Of a stretch of DNA of 64,000 bases, positions 31,245 to 42,126 are shown in pieces. This stretch comes from Anoxybacterium hadale. GTDB lineage: Bacteria > Bacillota > Clostridia > Peptostreptococcales > Anaerovoracaceae. A model generated the notes under the pieces. The model saw nothing but the letters and a program-made list of their open reading frames with translations. It was not told the origin of the DNA and searched no databases. Made by a program: the position numbers and the translations under genes. The stretch is from assembly GCF_015243575.1 (NCBI RefSeq), contig NZ_CP042469.1; one strand, given 5' to 3'. How positions within the stretch are numbered: position 1 is the stretch's first letter; the number at the start of each line of letters is the position of its first letter.

Positions 31245-31247
31245 ACG

Positions 31248-32753
31248 TTAGTCTCTCAGTGGTCTGCGTACTGCCTGTCTCTTTCCCTCTGCCTCATCAT
31301 CTGAAGCTTCCTGATTCAGGCTGGCGTTAGCTTGGAGATCTTGGTTCAGAGCAGTGTCGCTCGAAACAGCTACTGCTTCTTTTGTATCCTCACCCAGTTC
31401 TTTTCCGAGGAAAGCAGGCAGTTCCATACCCGCCTGATGGAACAGTTCATTCATTGGAGGAATGGACTTCATCATCCCGGAAAGAAAGTTTGCGGTTGCA
31501 GTCTTGCCCTGTTCACCTGCTCCGTTGCTGTCCCAGACAGTAACCTTATCAATCTTGATATTCTTAATGGCATCGACCTGAATTCTAGTCAGATCTTCCA
31601 GCTTATCTGCAATGATCAGCTTAACAGCAGCATCTGCATCCTGACCGGCAGCTTCCACAAGAAGCTTCATACCTTCCGCCTGCTTTGCAAGAATCTCTCT
31701 TGCACCTCTGGCTTCTGCCTCCAGTTTTGCATAGATCGCATCCGCTTCACCGCGAGCTTTACGTCTCATTACTTCCGCCTGCGCCTCCGCTTCGATCTCT
31801 GCTCTTTCTTTCATGATCTGTGCATTGATCAGAACGTCTGCTGTCTGCGTTGCTTTTTCCAGCTGGGCACGAGTCTGCTCCGCTTCCTGCTGTGCAAGGT
31901 AAGATTCCTGTTTTGCTCTTGCAGCCTGAACTGCTTCAGCAGCGGTAGCCATTTTCAGTGCTTCCGCTTCTTTTTCTCTTCTTCTTGCTTCTGACTGAGC
32001 TACTTCAATTTTAGCAGTATTTTCTCCGTCGATGGCGCTTGCATCAGCAGCAGCGACCTGGATACGCTGATCCTTATGTGCATTTGCCTGACCGATTTCA
32101 CCGTCTCTATTTTTCTCAGCAACGCTTTTCTTCGCATCATTGATGGCTTTAGCGGCAGCTTCTTTACCGAGTGCCTCTATGTAGCCAGACTCATCATTGA
32201 TGTCCGTTATATTTACGTTGATCAGCCTCAGACCGATCTTCTTCAGTTCAATCTCAACATTGTTTGATACTGCAAGCAGGAATTTATCACGATCTGTGTT
32301 GATTTCTTCAATATCCATTGTTGCGATAACAAGTCTGAGCTGACCAAAGATAATATCCTTTGCCAGTTCCTGAATTTCCTGCAGTCTCAGACCTAAAAGC
32401 CTTTCTGCTGCATTCTGCATAACACCAAGCTCCGTTGAAATACCAACGGTGAATCTAGATGGTACATCGATACGGATGTTCTGCTTCGAAAGCGCCTGGG
32501 TCAGGTCAACGCTGATGGAAATCGGCGTCAAATCCATATATTGATACGCCTGAATAACCGGAATAATAAATGCCGCGCCCCCGTGAATACATCTTGCGCT
32601 CTTTGTCTGCCCATCTTTATCGTTGCCGACTTTACCATAGATTACCATCACTTTGTCTGAAGGGCACTTTCTGTACCGCGACAGAATTAAAATAATGGTC
32701 GAAAGCAAAACGACCGCGATGATACAAACTGCGATTAATACTTGAATACTCAT
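31248..32753 (-). CDS. Flotillin-like protein (SPFH/Band 7; FloT/YuaG-like)
   Basis: N-terminal TM, SPFH domain, long Ala/Glu-rich coiled-coil (EA repeats). 501 aa. Confidence 0.85.
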   Translation of the reverse strand: MSIQVLIAVCIIAVVLLSTIILILSRYRKCPSDKVMVIYGKVGNDKDGQTKSARCIHGGAAFIIPVIQAYQYMDLTPISISVDLTQALSKQNIRIDVPSRFTVGISTELGVMQNAAERLLGLRLQEIQELAKDIIFGQLRLVIATMDIEEINTDRDKFLLAVSNNVEIELKKIGLRLINVNITDINDESGYIEALGKEAAAKAINDAKKSVAEKNRDGEIGQANAHKDQRIQVAAADASAIDGENTAKIEVAQSEARRREKEAEALKMATAAEAVQAARAKQESYLAQQEAEQTRAQLEKATQTADVLINAQIMKERAEIEAEAQAEVMRRKARGEADAIYAKLEAEARGAREILAKQAEGMKLLVEAAGQDADAAVKLIIADKLEDLTRIQVDAIKNIKIDKVTVWDSNGAGEQGKTATANFLSGMMKSIPPMNELFHQAGMELPAFLGKELGEDTKEAVAVSSDTALNQDLQANASLNQEASDDEAEGKRQAVRRPLRD

Positions 32754-32775
32754 ACTCTTACTACCTCCTTATAAA

Positions 32776-33435
32776 CTACTGATCTTCTTCTACGATCAAA
32801 ATATCGTTTCTGACGTCCGTAACTCGAACCAACTCTCCTGTAGGGAGCATTTCTTCGCCGAACGCAATTGCGCTGCATTCGACATATCTTCCCTGAACCT
32901 GCATTGTTATTTTTCCGATGCCGGAGCCCCCTGCCGGAATGGGTATATATACTCTGCCCGATTCACCGATTGCATTCCTCAGATCCAAGGTTCCGTTTTC
33001 CGTGAGTTTTCTCGAGGCGTGCAGCAGCTTTGCCGCCGCATACATCGCTACAAAACCCATGGCAATCCCCACCATAACGCTGAGAAACACCGGTGTTCCT
33101 GATGTCACTCCCACAATAGAGCTCCACCCCATAACAGTCAGAAACGTAACAATTCCTTGAAGGGTAATCATACTCATGATTGAAAAATCATGCGGATTCC
33201 CCCCATCGCTTATTTTGCCGATATCCCCCATATCGGAGGCATCTGCTATTTCGCCTATATCTGATCCCCCATGAAAATCGATACCTGAAGTATCACTTGT
33301 ATCAATTCCTCCGCCGCCTTCAAAACCCCCCAGCAGCGAAAGAACGGTCTGAATCACCATCACAAGAGTCGACGGTATCGCAATACAATATAAGATTCTT
33401 AACGCCCCATCCAATCCGTTCCACCATTCTGTCAT
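32776..33435 (-). CDS. NfeD-family membrane protein (YuaF-like), partner of flotillin
   Basis: Membrane N-terminus, Gly/Asp-rich linker, C-terminal OB-fold. Immediately upstream of flotillin, as in yuaF-yuaG. Confidence 0.75.
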   Translation of the reverse strand: MTEWWNGLDGALRILYCIAIPSTLVMVIQTVLSLLGGFEGGGGIDTSDTSGIDFHGGSDIGEIADASDMGDIGKISDGGNPHDFSIMSMITLQGIVTFLTVMGWSSIVGVTSGTPVFLSVMVGIAMGFVAMYAAAKLLHASRKLTENGTLDLRNAIGESGRVYIPIPAGGSGIGKITMQVQGRYVECSAIAFGEEMLPTGELVRVTDVRNDILIVEEDQ

Positions 33436-33740
33436 GTAATCTCCTCCTTTGCCTTTTGATTCTTTGTAATAATGCGTTCAAGCTGAACAAAATCTAAGGG
33501 GATTTTGTTTCTTATGCGCATTTATTATATCACATTTTTACCACATATCGACAGGAAAGCGAAAGATTATGATGGTAAATCTTATTTACCTTAATTATAG
33601 CACTCGTCAAAACGTTGTCAATGATAAAAGTTGATAATTTCAGTTGATTTTAGCAATTATCCTTGTTAATATAAAGTAAATCATACTTACATCATAGAAA
33701 ACGAGACAAGATTAAAGCGAAATAAGATTAAAGGTGGATT

Positions 33741-34247
33741 ATGAATTCTGTAGAGCTCGGAAGAAAAATTAAAGAAGCTAGAATCACCAGAAAGATGACG
33801 CAAAGTGAAGTGGTGGGCAATTTTATCACCAGAAATATGCTGAGCCAAATCGAAAGCGGTACCGCTACGCCTTCCATTAAAACGCTGGAGTACCTTTCTC
33901 GGGTTCTTGACATTCCGCTCTTTCAGCTGATTCCCGATCAAAAAGATGATTCTATCACAATTCTTAACCGTGCAAAAAAGCACCTTGCAGAAGGTGCTTA
34001 CGATAAAATTCTAAAAATGGAAGAAGGATATCCGCCGGAGCTGCAGGATGAGTTCTGGGCGATATTCGCAAATGCCAGTCTGAAGCTTGCAAAACAGCAG
34101 CTTCGCTCCGGGAGTTATCAGGACGCCGCTCGGCTTTCCCAGAAGGCTATGGAGTATGCAGAAAAAGGTATCTATGCAAATTCCACAGTCAAGTCAGAAA
34201 GCATTATCGTATTGAATCAAGCAGCAGAAAAGCTGAGACATGGATAA
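33741..34247 (+). CDS. XRE-family helix-turn-helix transcriptional regulator
   Basis: LGRKIKEARITRKMTQSEV...MLSQIESG HTH_3 motif with a helical C-terminal domain. Confidence 0.75.
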   Translation: MNSVELGRKIKEARITRKMTQSEVVGNFITRNMLSQIESGTATPSIKTLEYLSRVLDIPLFQLIPDQKDDSITILNRAKKHLAEGAYDKILKMEEGYPPELQDEFWAIFANASLKLAKQQLRSGSYQDAARLSQKAMEYAEKGIYANSTVKSESIIVLNQAAEKLRHG

Positions 34248-34286
34248 AATGGCCAAGCCTGCCATCCTCCATTGATTAGGGCTTCA

Positions 34287-35501
34287 TTAAATTATAAACT
34301 CAGTCAGGATTGTATTGGAAATATCAATTCCCTTTTCCGTAAACAGCAGCTGGTTACCGTCATAGATCAAGTACTCATCTTCTATATACCTCTCTATTTG
34401 CATCCAATTCTGGGAAAACACATCCGTTATTTGTTCTCCAAATCTCTTTTGAAAGTCGTTCAGATCAACACCGGTTATTCTCCTGAGACCTGTAAAGAGA
34501 TATTCAGAAATATTGTCTTCTCTGGAATTGAGATGATTCCAAACCTCTGAGGCACCCTCCGCGCTGAGATATGTTTTAAAATCCGTAACATTGCTGAATC
34601 GTGTGCCACTCATAAAAGAGTGAGCGCCAAGCCCCATTCCAAGATAGTCCTCCATAGACCAGTACTTCAAATTGTGCCGAGATTGATATCCTTTCTTTGC
34701 CGCATTGGAAATCTCATACTGGAGATAATCCTTCTCCTTCAAAAAGGATTGGGCGTAATGATACATATCACGGTCTTCCTGCCCGTCGGTCTCAACAAGA
34801 GTACCTTCTTTCTTCATTTGGAAGAAAAGAGTCCCTTCTTCTATTTGAAGGCTATAAAAAGACAAATGCTCCGGTGCAAGGTCCACTGCACACTGCAGCG
34901 TTTCTTGCCAATGCTTTAGATTCTGTCCCGGGATGGAGAACATCAGGTCAATATTAATATTCGAAAAACCGCAGCTCCGAGCGAGAGAATAGTTGTCATA
35001 AAAGTCCTCAGCGCTATGAGCCCTGCCCAAACGTGTCAGAAGATCGTTATCAAAAGACTGGGTGCCGATGCTGAGACGATTGATTCCCATTTCAAGGTAA
35101 GCCTCAAGTTTTTCCTTGTTTAGCGTCTTGGGATTACTCTCTATGGTTATTTCAGCATCATCCGAAAGGTCGAACGCTTTCTTGAGCGCCTTAGTCAATT
35201 CCCTTAAAAGGCTGGTATCGACCAAAGACGGTGTACCTCCGCCGACAAAGATCGAATCGACATAATATTTGTTATGGTATTTTTCAGAACAGATTTCGAT
35301 TTCTTTTAATAAAGCACCCAGATAAGCCTTTTGACTATCATAGCCTGCTTCAAAGGACAGGAAATCGCAGTAATTGCATTTTTTAATGCAAAATGGGATA
35401 TGGATATATAAGCCCAAGGGTTTCCTTGGGCTTATGATTTTGTCGTTATTTACTTTGATAGAATTGCCGTTTCCTTCGACAGCTTTATTTATTGTCATCA
35501 T
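34287..35501 (-). CDS. hemW: Radical SAM heme chaperone HemW (coproporphyrinogen III oxidase-like)
   Basis: [17 protein letters not shown] radical SAM motif with HemN C-terminal domain. Conserved lepA-hemW order. Start overlaps the lepA stop by about 17 nt. Confidence 0.85.
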   Translation of the reverse strand: MMTINKAVEGNGNSIKVNNDKIISPRKPLGLYIHIPFCIKKCNYCDFLSFEAGYDSQKAYLGALLKEIEICSEKYHNKYYVDSIFVGGGTPSLVDTSLLRELTKALKKAFDLSDDAEITIESNPKTLNKEKLEAYLEMGINRLSIGTQSFDNDLLTRLGRAHSAEDFYDNYSLARSCGFSNINIDLMFSIPGQNLKHWQETLQCAVDLAPEHLSFYSLQIEEGTLFFQMKKEGTLVETDGQEDRDMYHYAQSFLKEKDYLQYEISNAAKKGYQSRHNLKYWSMEDYLGMGLGAHSFMSGTRFSNVTDFKTYLSAEGASEVWNHLNSREDNISEYLFTGLRRITGVDLNDFQKRFGEQITDVFSQNWMQIERYIEDEYLIYDGNQLLFTEKGIDISNTILTEFII

Positions 35502-37296
35502 ATTTCAGCACCGCTGTAAATGCCTCCTGAGGAACCTCCACGCTGCCAAACTGTCTCATTCGCTTCTTTCCTTCCTTCTGTTTCTCCAGAAGTTTTCTCT
35601 TTCTTGAGATATCACCGCCGTAGCATTTTGCAAGTACGTCCTTACGATATGCTTTAACGGTTTCTCTGGCAATAACCTTCTGACCGATGGAAGCCTGAAT
35701 AGGAACTTCAAACTGATGGGGTGGAATGATTTCCTTCAGCTTCTCGCAGACAAAGCGTCCCCTGCTGTAGGCCTTTGACTCATGCACGATCATGGAGAAG
35801 GCATCCACCAGATCCTTATTCAGCAGAATATCCATCTTCACAACATTTGACTTTTCATATCGGATAAACTCATAATCCAAGGAACCGTAGCCTCTGGTCT
35901 TTGATTTCAAAGCATCAAAGAAGTCATAGATTACTTCATTCAGCGGCATTTCATAATGAAGCGCTACGCGGCTTTCGGTAATATACTCCATGTGAAGCAT
36001 TTTTCCCCGACGCTCCTGGCAGATTTCCATAATGCTGCCGACATATTCTTTCGGAATCATTATGTCTGCTTTTACGATTGGTTCCTGAATGTGGTTGATC
36101 AATAGCGGTGACGGTAGATTAGAAGGATTCTGAATCATTTCTTCTGTTCCGTCATTCATCACAACCTTGTAGATTACGCTTGGCGAGGTTGTAATAATGC
36201 CGAGGTCGAATTCTCTCTCCAGTCTCTCCACGATGATTTCCATATGAAGAAGTCCCAAAAATCCGCATCGGAATCCGAAACCAAGCGCTGTGGAGGTTTC
36301 CGGTTCAAAATGGAAGGCCGCATCATTTACCTGCAGCTTTTCCAGCGCATCTTTGACGTTTTCGTATTTTTCCCCTTCTGCAGGATAGATACCGCAGTAA
36401 ACCATAGGCTGAACTTTTTTATAGCCGGGCAGAGGTTCTTCTGTGGGATCATGGTCCAATGTAATGGTATCTCCTACTCTGGCATCGGCAACCTGCTTAA
36501 TGCTGGCACAGATATAGCCTACCTCGCCGGCAGAAAGTTCGCTGACCGGCACGGGGCCCGGAGAATAAACGCCTACCTCTGTGACCTCATACTTCTTTTT
36601 CGTATTCATAAGGCGGATCAAATCACCCTTTTTAATCTTGCCGTCAAATACACGGGTGTAAATGACCACGCCTCGATAATTATCATAATAGGAGTCGAAG
36701 ATCAATGCCTTTAGTTTACCGCCTGCATCACCAGTTGGTGCCGGAACCTTTTCAACGACGGCTTCAAGAACATCCTCAATTCCGATCCCTTCCTTCGCCG
36801 AAATTAAAGGTGCATCATGGGCATCAATTCCAATGATATCTTCAATCTCCAGCTTCGCTTCATCAGGCCTAGCGCTTGCCAGATCGATTTTGTTAATTAC
36901 CGGAAGAATCTCAAGTTCCTCATCCAAAGCAAGATAAACGTTGGCAAGAGTTTGGGCTTCTACGCCTTGAGTTGCGTCCACAATGAGCACCGCGCCTTCA
37001 CAAGCTGCAAGACTTCTGGAAACTTCATACGTAAAGTCCACATGTCCAGGTGTATCAATGAGATTAAAGATATATTCGTTTCCGTTTTTTGCACGATAAG
37101 CAAGCCTTGTGGTCTGAAGCTTGATGGTTATTCCTCGTTCCCGTTCCAGATCCATGTTGTCCAAAAATTGCTCCTTCATCTCCCGGTGGGAAACGAGGCC
37201 TGTATTTTCAATGATACGGTCTGCCAGGGTGGATTTTCCGTGATCTATATGCGCTATAATGCAGAAATTTCTTATCAATTGCTGGTACGAATTCAT
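35485..37296 (-). CDS. lepA: Translation elongation factor 4 (LepA)
   Basis: [36 protein letters not shown] before the ATG at 37296. The 679-aa track ORF is a spurious extension through the leader repeat. Confidence 0.95.
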   Translation of the reverse strand: MNSYQQLIRNFCIIAHIDHGKSTLADRIIENTGLVSHREMKEQFLDNMDLERERGITIKLQTTRLAYRAKNGNEYIFNLIDTPGHVDFTYEVSRSLAACEGAVLIVDATQGVEAQTLANVYLALDEELEILPVINKIDLASARPDEAKLEIEDIIGIDAHDAPLISAKEGIGIEDVLEAVVEKVPAPTGDAGGKLKALIFDSYYDNYRGVVIYTRVFDGKIKKGDLIRLMNTKKKYEVTEVGVYSPGPVPVSELSAGEVGYICASIKQVADARVGDTITLDHDPTEEPLPGYKKVQPMVYCGIYPAEGEKYENVKDALEKLQVNDAAFHFEPETSTALGFGFRCGFLGLLHMEIIVERLEREFDLGIITTSPSVIYKVVMNDGTEEMIQNPSNLPSPLLINHIQEPIVKADIMIPKEYVGSIMEICQERRGKMLHMEYITESRVALHYEMPLNEVIYDFFDALKSKTRGYGSLDYEFIRYEKSNVVKMDILLNKDLVDAFSMIVHESKAYSRGRFVCEKLKEIIPPHQFEVPIQASIGQKVIARETVKAYRKDVLAKCYGGDISRKRKLLEKQKEGKKRMRQFGSVEVPQEAFTAVLKYDDNK

Positions 37297-37312
37297 TGTT
37301 CCTCCCAATATA

Positions 37313-37470
37313 TTTTCAAATATTTCATATTTTGCTTTATATACAGCGTTTATTCTATCATCCGTGCAAATCGATGCTCCGATTTGCTTCACACCGATAC
37401 AATAAACGCATCTCGAAGGCAAAATTTCATATTTTGCTTCGTTTACAGCGTTCATTATAACACACCAGCA
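37313..37470 (-). repeat. lepA leader element: one full copy (about 102 nt) plus a partial second copy of the promoter-containing structured repeat
   Basis: Minus-sense TGTTATAATGAACGC...hairpin GCAAAAT/ATTTTGC...GCGTTTATTGTATCGGTGTGAAGCAAATCGGAGCATCGATTTGCACGGATGATAGAATAAACGC.... Homologous to the 55.4-55.7 kb tandem repeat, with compensatory stem changes. Confidence 0.7.
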
Positions 37471-37477
37471 GTACCCT

Positions 37478-37801
37478 TTACAATATCTCTGTTTTAAATA
37501 CGTTATAGTCCCGTTCTGTTTCAACGATACCTAAGAATCCCTGAATTTCAGAAACGGCAGTGTCCAGTCCTGCTGTGACACTGCCGCTGAGTTCCTTCCA
37601 GTCTTCCTTCAGCTCGCTGATATTAATCGCCGCATTTTTTCCGAACATGGATAAGGTAAGGTAATCCGAATTGACTCTCCGGATCTGCAGTGTAATCTTG
37701 CCCGGTTGATCCATCATATCCGAATACGCTTCATCCACAGCTGTAAAGCCGTATACAGCTAAAAATACAAGAATAAATAGAATTGTTTTCTTTAATCTCA
37801 T
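37478..37801 (-). CDS. Small secreted protein (YqxA-like position between spoIIP and lepA)
   Basis: Signal peptide [21 protein letters not shown]. 107 aa. Synteny with B. subtilis yqxA. Confidence 0.5.
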   Translation of the reverse strand: MRLKKTILFILVFLAVYGFTAVDEAYSDMMDQPGKITLQIRRVNSDYLTLSMFGKNAAINISELKEDWKELSGSVTAGLDTAVSEIQGFLGIVETERDYNVFKTEIL

Positions 37802-37967
37802 GGTGTTGTTCCTCCAATCAGCTCTCCATAATGCAGAAAAGCTTCTGATTACAGCGCACTGATTCCTTTTCTTTTGTAGTTAGCAAACCGCTGACTCATT
37901 CCGTGCGCGCACTTCATTGAATCAGCGTTACCTTCGTATTTTTAAGTTTCTGCTTTAATTGTTGACT

Positions 37968-39053
37968 CTATTGATTTTCTTTAATTACTTCAGCCAATAC
38001 TTTCGCAAAATATTTTGCGGTTGTCTTTGTCTGTTCAATGGTATTCTCATTGTTCCCAACTTCAAGCAAAATAAGGTTGTCAGCTACATACTGGTTGAAT
38101 TTATAAGGTTTCTCAATAATCTTACCGCCAAATCCCGGATACATCTCTTCAGCTTTCTTATTAATTTTATTTGCAAATGAGCGAAGAGCTTCAACATTGG
38201 GATTGCCTGTTCCAATTACAAGGCTGTAACCAGCCATGGTTTCGCTATTTACACTGACGGTTTTCGCTACATTCCCAACATAACCTGCTGCATCTCTATG
38301 TAAGTCAATCACGATTTTATCCGAATCATAACTTGCCATCAAAGTCTTAATGGTCTCAAGTGATCTGGAGTAAGACTGATTATACGACGGAGAGTCGTGA
38401 AGAGTCTTATCGTGAACAACTTGAATTCCCATCTTGCGCAGTTCATCGGTCAGTACATCTCCAACCTCTCTGACCGTACCGTATTCTTTAAGAGAGTGGA
38501 AATTCCCTTCTGTTACCGGCTGGTAGGATTCTGTTGCATGGGTGTGGTAGATGATAACCACCGGTTTTTTCACATCTACATCAGCAGGAGTAGGGTTAGG
38601 AACCTCCGCTGTGATGCCGGAATCCGTGGTTTGTTCTGGACTAGGAGTACCGCTCTGATCAATGTCTTCAGGGGTGAAGAAATAACCCGGGTCTTCTTCC
38701 GCAAGATCATCATTTAGAACCTTTGCTCCAGGAAACATAGATCCCATCATTCCCTTCAGCAAACCAGAGGACTTTTCATTCTTCAAAGAGTCTGCTTCGC
38801 CTTTCTGATCCGGTAATGTTGCAAGAGCTTCTCTTGATTCAAAAGAACTCCTGCTTACAGTGGGAAAGATATTTCCGATGTACATCTTACCAACATCTTC
38901 TTTTTGTGCTTCAAACATCCCCAAGGGTCCGCCATGCATAAATGAAATCATAATAAAACCGGAGACAATCCAGAACAGTAAGGTCATGAATGCCAGTCTT
39001 CCGCTTCCAGATTTCCTCCTGCCGCTATATGCCCCGTATCTTCTCTTTCTCAT
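37968..39053 (-). CDS. spoIIP: Stage II sporulation protein P (SpoIIP)
   Basis: IYHTHATESY signature, N-terminal TM. 361 aa. Confidence 0.85.
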   Translation of the reverse strand: MRKRRYGAYSGRRKSGSGRLAFMTLLFWIVSGFIMISFMHGGPLGMFEAQKEDVGKMYIGNIFPTVSRSSFESREALATLPDQKGEADSLKNEKSSGLLKGMMGSMFPGAKVLNDDLAEEDPGYFFTPEDIDQSGTPSPEQTTDSGITAEVPNPTPADVDVKKPVVIIYHTHATESYQPVTEGNFHSLKEYGTVREVGDVLTDELRKMGIQVVHDKTLHDSPSYNQSYSRSLETIKTLMASYDSDKIVIDLHRDAAGYVGNVAKTVSVNSETMAGYSLVIGTGNPNVEALRSFANKINKKAEEMYPGFGGKIIEKPYKFNQYVADNLILLEVGNNENTIEQTKTTAKYFAKVLAEVIKENQ

Positions 39054-39081
39054 TGATTTAACTCCTCAACACTCAGCAATA

Positions 39082-39972
39082 CTAAGAGTATATGCCCGGA
39101 TGAAGCGTTATATTAATTCCATTTGCAATTATATCGGAAAAATCCTTGATCACCTGATCGATATCTGTAGCTGTAACAATCATCTGATATCCATTGTCAT
39201 CGAGATATGCCTCAGCCCCGTCAGGATCACTTAAAAAACCACTGAGATTATCCAATATTAAGGTTTTTGTATCGATTACAGTCGGAACACCAATCGCAAT
39301 CACCTTGATTCCGAGGGTCGATTCATTGAGTTGTTTACGCATATTACCGGTTCCTGCTCCCGGAGCAATTCCCGTGTCGCTAATCTGGATCGTGGTACTA
39401 ATCCTGTCCACATTCCTTGCTGCTAGAGAATCGATGGCTATAATAAGCTCAGGTTTTGCAATCCTTGCAGCGCTCTGAATCAAATCTGCAGTCTCCATTC
39501 CTGTGGAACCCATTACCCCGGGTATAAATCCGCTAACACATGAGATTTCATTGTCACTATCCGTATCGTACATCAAAAAGTAATGCCTTGTAACCTTGAC
39601 CTTGGCCACTGTATACGGTCCCAGCGAATCCGGAGTCACCTTATCGTTGCCAAGGCCGATGATCAGTACTTTTAATTGACTGTGAAATTTGATCAACCGC
39701 TTCAATTCAAGAGACAGAGCCATTGCCGCTTTTTCCTTGATTTCTTCACTTCCGTCAACTGCACTGTCAATCTCAAGGGTGATATAATTGCCAATGGGCT
39801 TGCTCAAGATCTTACTGCCATGTTCATCGGTTATTTTAATCCTGGTGATATCCACCGCTCCTTCATAGTGATCAGTTTCAACCTCTACACCTTTTATTTC
39901 GATTTTTTCTTCTTGATTCTCTTTGTCGTAGATTTCTTTATTTTCAATCGCTAGATCCGTTCTGAATTTCAT
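39082..39972 (-). CDS. gpr: Germination protease (GPR endopeptidase)
   Basis: MKFRTDLAIE...LIIGLGN motif. gpr-spoIIP synteny. Confidence 0.85.
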   Translation of the reverse strand: MKFRTDLAIENKEIYDKENQEEKIEIKGVEVETDHYEGAVDITRIKITDEHGSKILSKPIGNYITLEIDSAVDGSEEIKEKAAMALSLELKRLIKFHSQLKVLIIGLGNDKVTPDSLGPYTVAKVKVTRHYFLMYDTDSDNEISCVSGFIPGVMGSTGMETADLIQSAARIAKPELIIAIDSLAARNVDRISTTIQISDTGIAPGAGTGNMRKQLNESTLGIKVIAIGVPTVIDTKTLILDNLSGFLSDPDGAEAYLDDNGYQMIVTATDIDQVIKDFSDIIANGINITLHPGIYS

Positions 39973-40054
39973 CTTGCTTTATCTCTCTTTCCATCGATCT
40001 TCGTTTGTGATATCTTGAAGCAGAAGCATTTATTAAACTTTTTATATTTTTGCC

Positions 40055-40083
40055 TTGCGTTTTCCATTCTATTCATGTATACT
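40055..40083 (+). promoter_or_regulatory. SigA-type promoter for rpsT (TTGCGT-N17-TATACT)
   Basis: -35 at 40055-40060, -10 at 40078-40083. Confidence 0.45.
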
Positions 40084-40119
40084 CAAACTTGCGATATTTT
40101 GCGAAAGTGGGGTGAAATA

Positions 40120-40389
40120 ATGGCGAATATCAAATCAGCAAAGAAAAGAATCAGTGTCATCGCAAAGAAGACAGCAGTCAACAGAAGAGTTAAATCTCAT
40201 CTGAAGGCGATCGTGAAGAATTTTGACGGAGCAATTGCTACCGGAGATTTTGACACAGCGAAAGCTAAGCTGGCTTTAGCAGAAAAGAAATTGATGCAGG
40301 CAGCTGCAAAAGGAACCATTCATAAGAATGCTGCTTCCAGAAAAGTTTCCAGAATGACGACTAGATTCAACAAAGCAAAAGCAGAATAA
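40120..40389 (+). CDS. rpsT: 30S ribosomal protein S20
   Basis: MANIKSAKKRISVIAKKTAVNRRVKSHLK. 89 aa. Confidence 0.92.
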   Translation: MANIKSAKKRISVIAKKTAVNRRVKSHLKAIVKNFDGAIATGDFDTAKAKLALAEKKLMQAAAKGTIHKNAASRKVSRMTTRFNKAKAE

Positions 40390-40441
40390 TCTCACCCGTC
40401 CCCACAGTGCATAAGTTAAATGCACAAAATATGGAAACAAT

Positions 40442-40497
40442 TAATCATGCCAGAGCTGGCGGTGTCTCCCAGTTCATGGCATGATTTATTTTGCTTT
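40442..40497 (+). terminator. Rho-independent terminator of rpsT
   Basis: AATCATGCCA...TGGCATGATT stem followed by TATTTTGCTTTT. Confidence 0.6.
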
Positions 40498-40809
40498 TAA
40501 TCAAGGAACGACATAGGGAAGATAAACGGATAAAGAAATAAATACGATCCAAAATTGCAAGAATAAGCCCATCAACCGTGGCTGAAAGCAGCTGTCGGAA
40601 GGTTTTTTCTGCACTCTCCGCTTAATTGAGCAGCTTGTTCAGCTACTGTCAAACACGGTTTATGGATAGGTTTGTTTGACAGCCTGAACATAGCGAAATG
40701 AAGCGCTGAGAGTGTCAAAAACCTGACCAGCTGATGAATCCGCGGCTGGTGGGCTTATTCTACTTGCGGATCGCTGTAAGCTTTATCCGTTTATCAATGA
40801 ATTATGGTT

Positions 40810-41985
40810 CTATTCTAGGAGCTTTAAAACTGACATCACCAGCAATTGGATTCCAATTCCAATGCATTTTTCATCTACTTCAAAACCACCGGAGTGTATC
40901 CCATCATTTTCCCGCCCTTTAAAGCCGCTTCCCAGGAAGAAAAACGCTCCCGGAACCTTTTCTAGATAATAGGAAAAATCCTCAACACCCATCGTGGGTT
41001 CCTTCAGCTCCACAACCTTCTCAATTGCGGTCTCACAAATAACCGCATTCCGTACTGCGTCGACAACAATGTTATCGTTTGTCAAAACCGGATATCCCTT
41101 TTTAAATTTCACTTCCGCCCTCGCACCATAAGCCTTTGCTGTAGACTGCGCCATCTCCTTCAGTCTAATTTTCAAAAACTCTCTGCTGAAACTGTCAAGG
41201 GCTCGTATCGTTCCCTCCATTATGACAGTATCCGCAATCAAATTGACAGCAGTGCCGCCATGGACACTTCCAAAGGTAATGACAGCAGGATTAAGAGGAC
41301 TAACATTTCTTGCTACAATACTCTGAGCACCGCATATAATCTGTGCTGCAGCTGCTATTGCATCGATTCCCATTTCCGGGTATGCTCCGTGGCTGTGCTT
41401 CCCCTTTACTGTAATATGAAACGTATCTGATGATGCGTGGACCTTCCCGTACTTGATACCGATGGTTCCAGCTGGGAGATCAGGCTTCACATGCAGTCCG
41501 AGAATAAAATCCGTTCTGGGACTCAAGCATCCCCTGCGCATCATGCGCCTTGCACCGCCTGTGGTTTCTTCTGCGGGTTGAAATATAAATTTAACATTGC
41601 CATTAATTTCATCCTTTATTTCGTTCAAAACCCTTGCAGTTCCAAGAACTACCGCCATATGGACATCATGTCCGCAAGCATGCATAAGTCCTTTCCTTCT
41701 GGAGGCAAACGGAAGGAGAACCGTCTCCTGGATCGGAAGCGCATCCATGTCTGCCCGAAGTGCGACTGTTTTTTTCTCTGCACTTTTATGGATGGTCCCG
41801 ACGACCCCGGTAGAGAGCACTTCCTGATAATCAATATTCAATATACTCAGCTCCCGTTTGATTCTTTCAGAGGTTCTACACTCTTCATTTCCAAGTTCAG
41901 GCCATTGATGCAAGTCCTGCCGCACGCTCACTGCCCATTTTTCCGACTCTGTTACCAGTTCATCCAATTTCACGTGACTGACCAA
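40810..41985 (-). CDS. M20 family amidohydrolase (N-acyl-L-amino acid amidohydrolase/hippuricase-like)
   Basis: MHACGHDVH, FQPAEE motifs. TTG start chosen because GGAGGG lies 8 nt upstream. A candidate terminator hairpin lies at 40727-40760. Confidence 0.75.
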   Translation of the reverse strand: MVSHVKLDELVTESEKWAVSVRQDLHQWPELGNEECRTSERIKRELSILNIDYQEVLSTGVVGTIHKSAEKKTVALRADMDALPIQETVLLPFASRRKGLMHACGHDVHMAVVLGTARVLNEIKDEINGNVKFIFQPAEETTGGARRMMRRGCLSPRTDFILGLHVKPDLPAGTIGIKYGKVHASSDTFHITVKGKHSHGAYPEMGIDAIAAAAQIICGAQSIVARNVSPLNPAVITFGSVHGGTAVNLIADTVIMEGTIRALDSFSREFLKIRLKEMAQSTAKAYGARAEVKFKKGYPVLTNDNIVVDAVRNAVICETAIEKVVELKEPTMGVEDFSYYLEKVPGAFFFLGSGFKGRENDGIHSGGFEVDEKCIGIGIQLLVMSVLKLLE

Positions 41986-42126
41986 GTTGAAATCCCTCCC
42001 CCGCAGTATTAATTGCTTCTCTGTATTAGGGAAGCACTGATTAATTCCGTGCCACACTTCATTAAATCAGAACTTCCTTAATATAATATTAAGCAGAAAT
42101 GTGATTTATGAGGAGGTACTTGCAGA

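Noticed and set aside
31332..31994. 220-aa plus-strand ORF rich in Cys/Phe/Leu
   Set aside because: Antisense to the Ala/Glu-rich coiled-coil of flotillin. The complementary GCN/GAR codons give stop-free antisense.
36817..37497. 226-aa plus-strand ORF
   Set aside because: Antisense to lepA and its leader, with no RBS. It is an artefact of low stop-codon density opposite a highly expressed gene.
35485..37524. 679-aa extended LepA ORF starting at 37524
   Set aside because: Canonical LepA begins at [11 protein letters not shown] (37296), which has a GGGAGG RBS. The 76-codon extension reads through the leader repeat (the [11 protein letters not shown] and [11 protein letters not shown] echoes).
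40734..40922. 62-aa plus-strand ORF
   Set aside because: It spans the 3' end of the M20 gene and its terminator, with no RBS.
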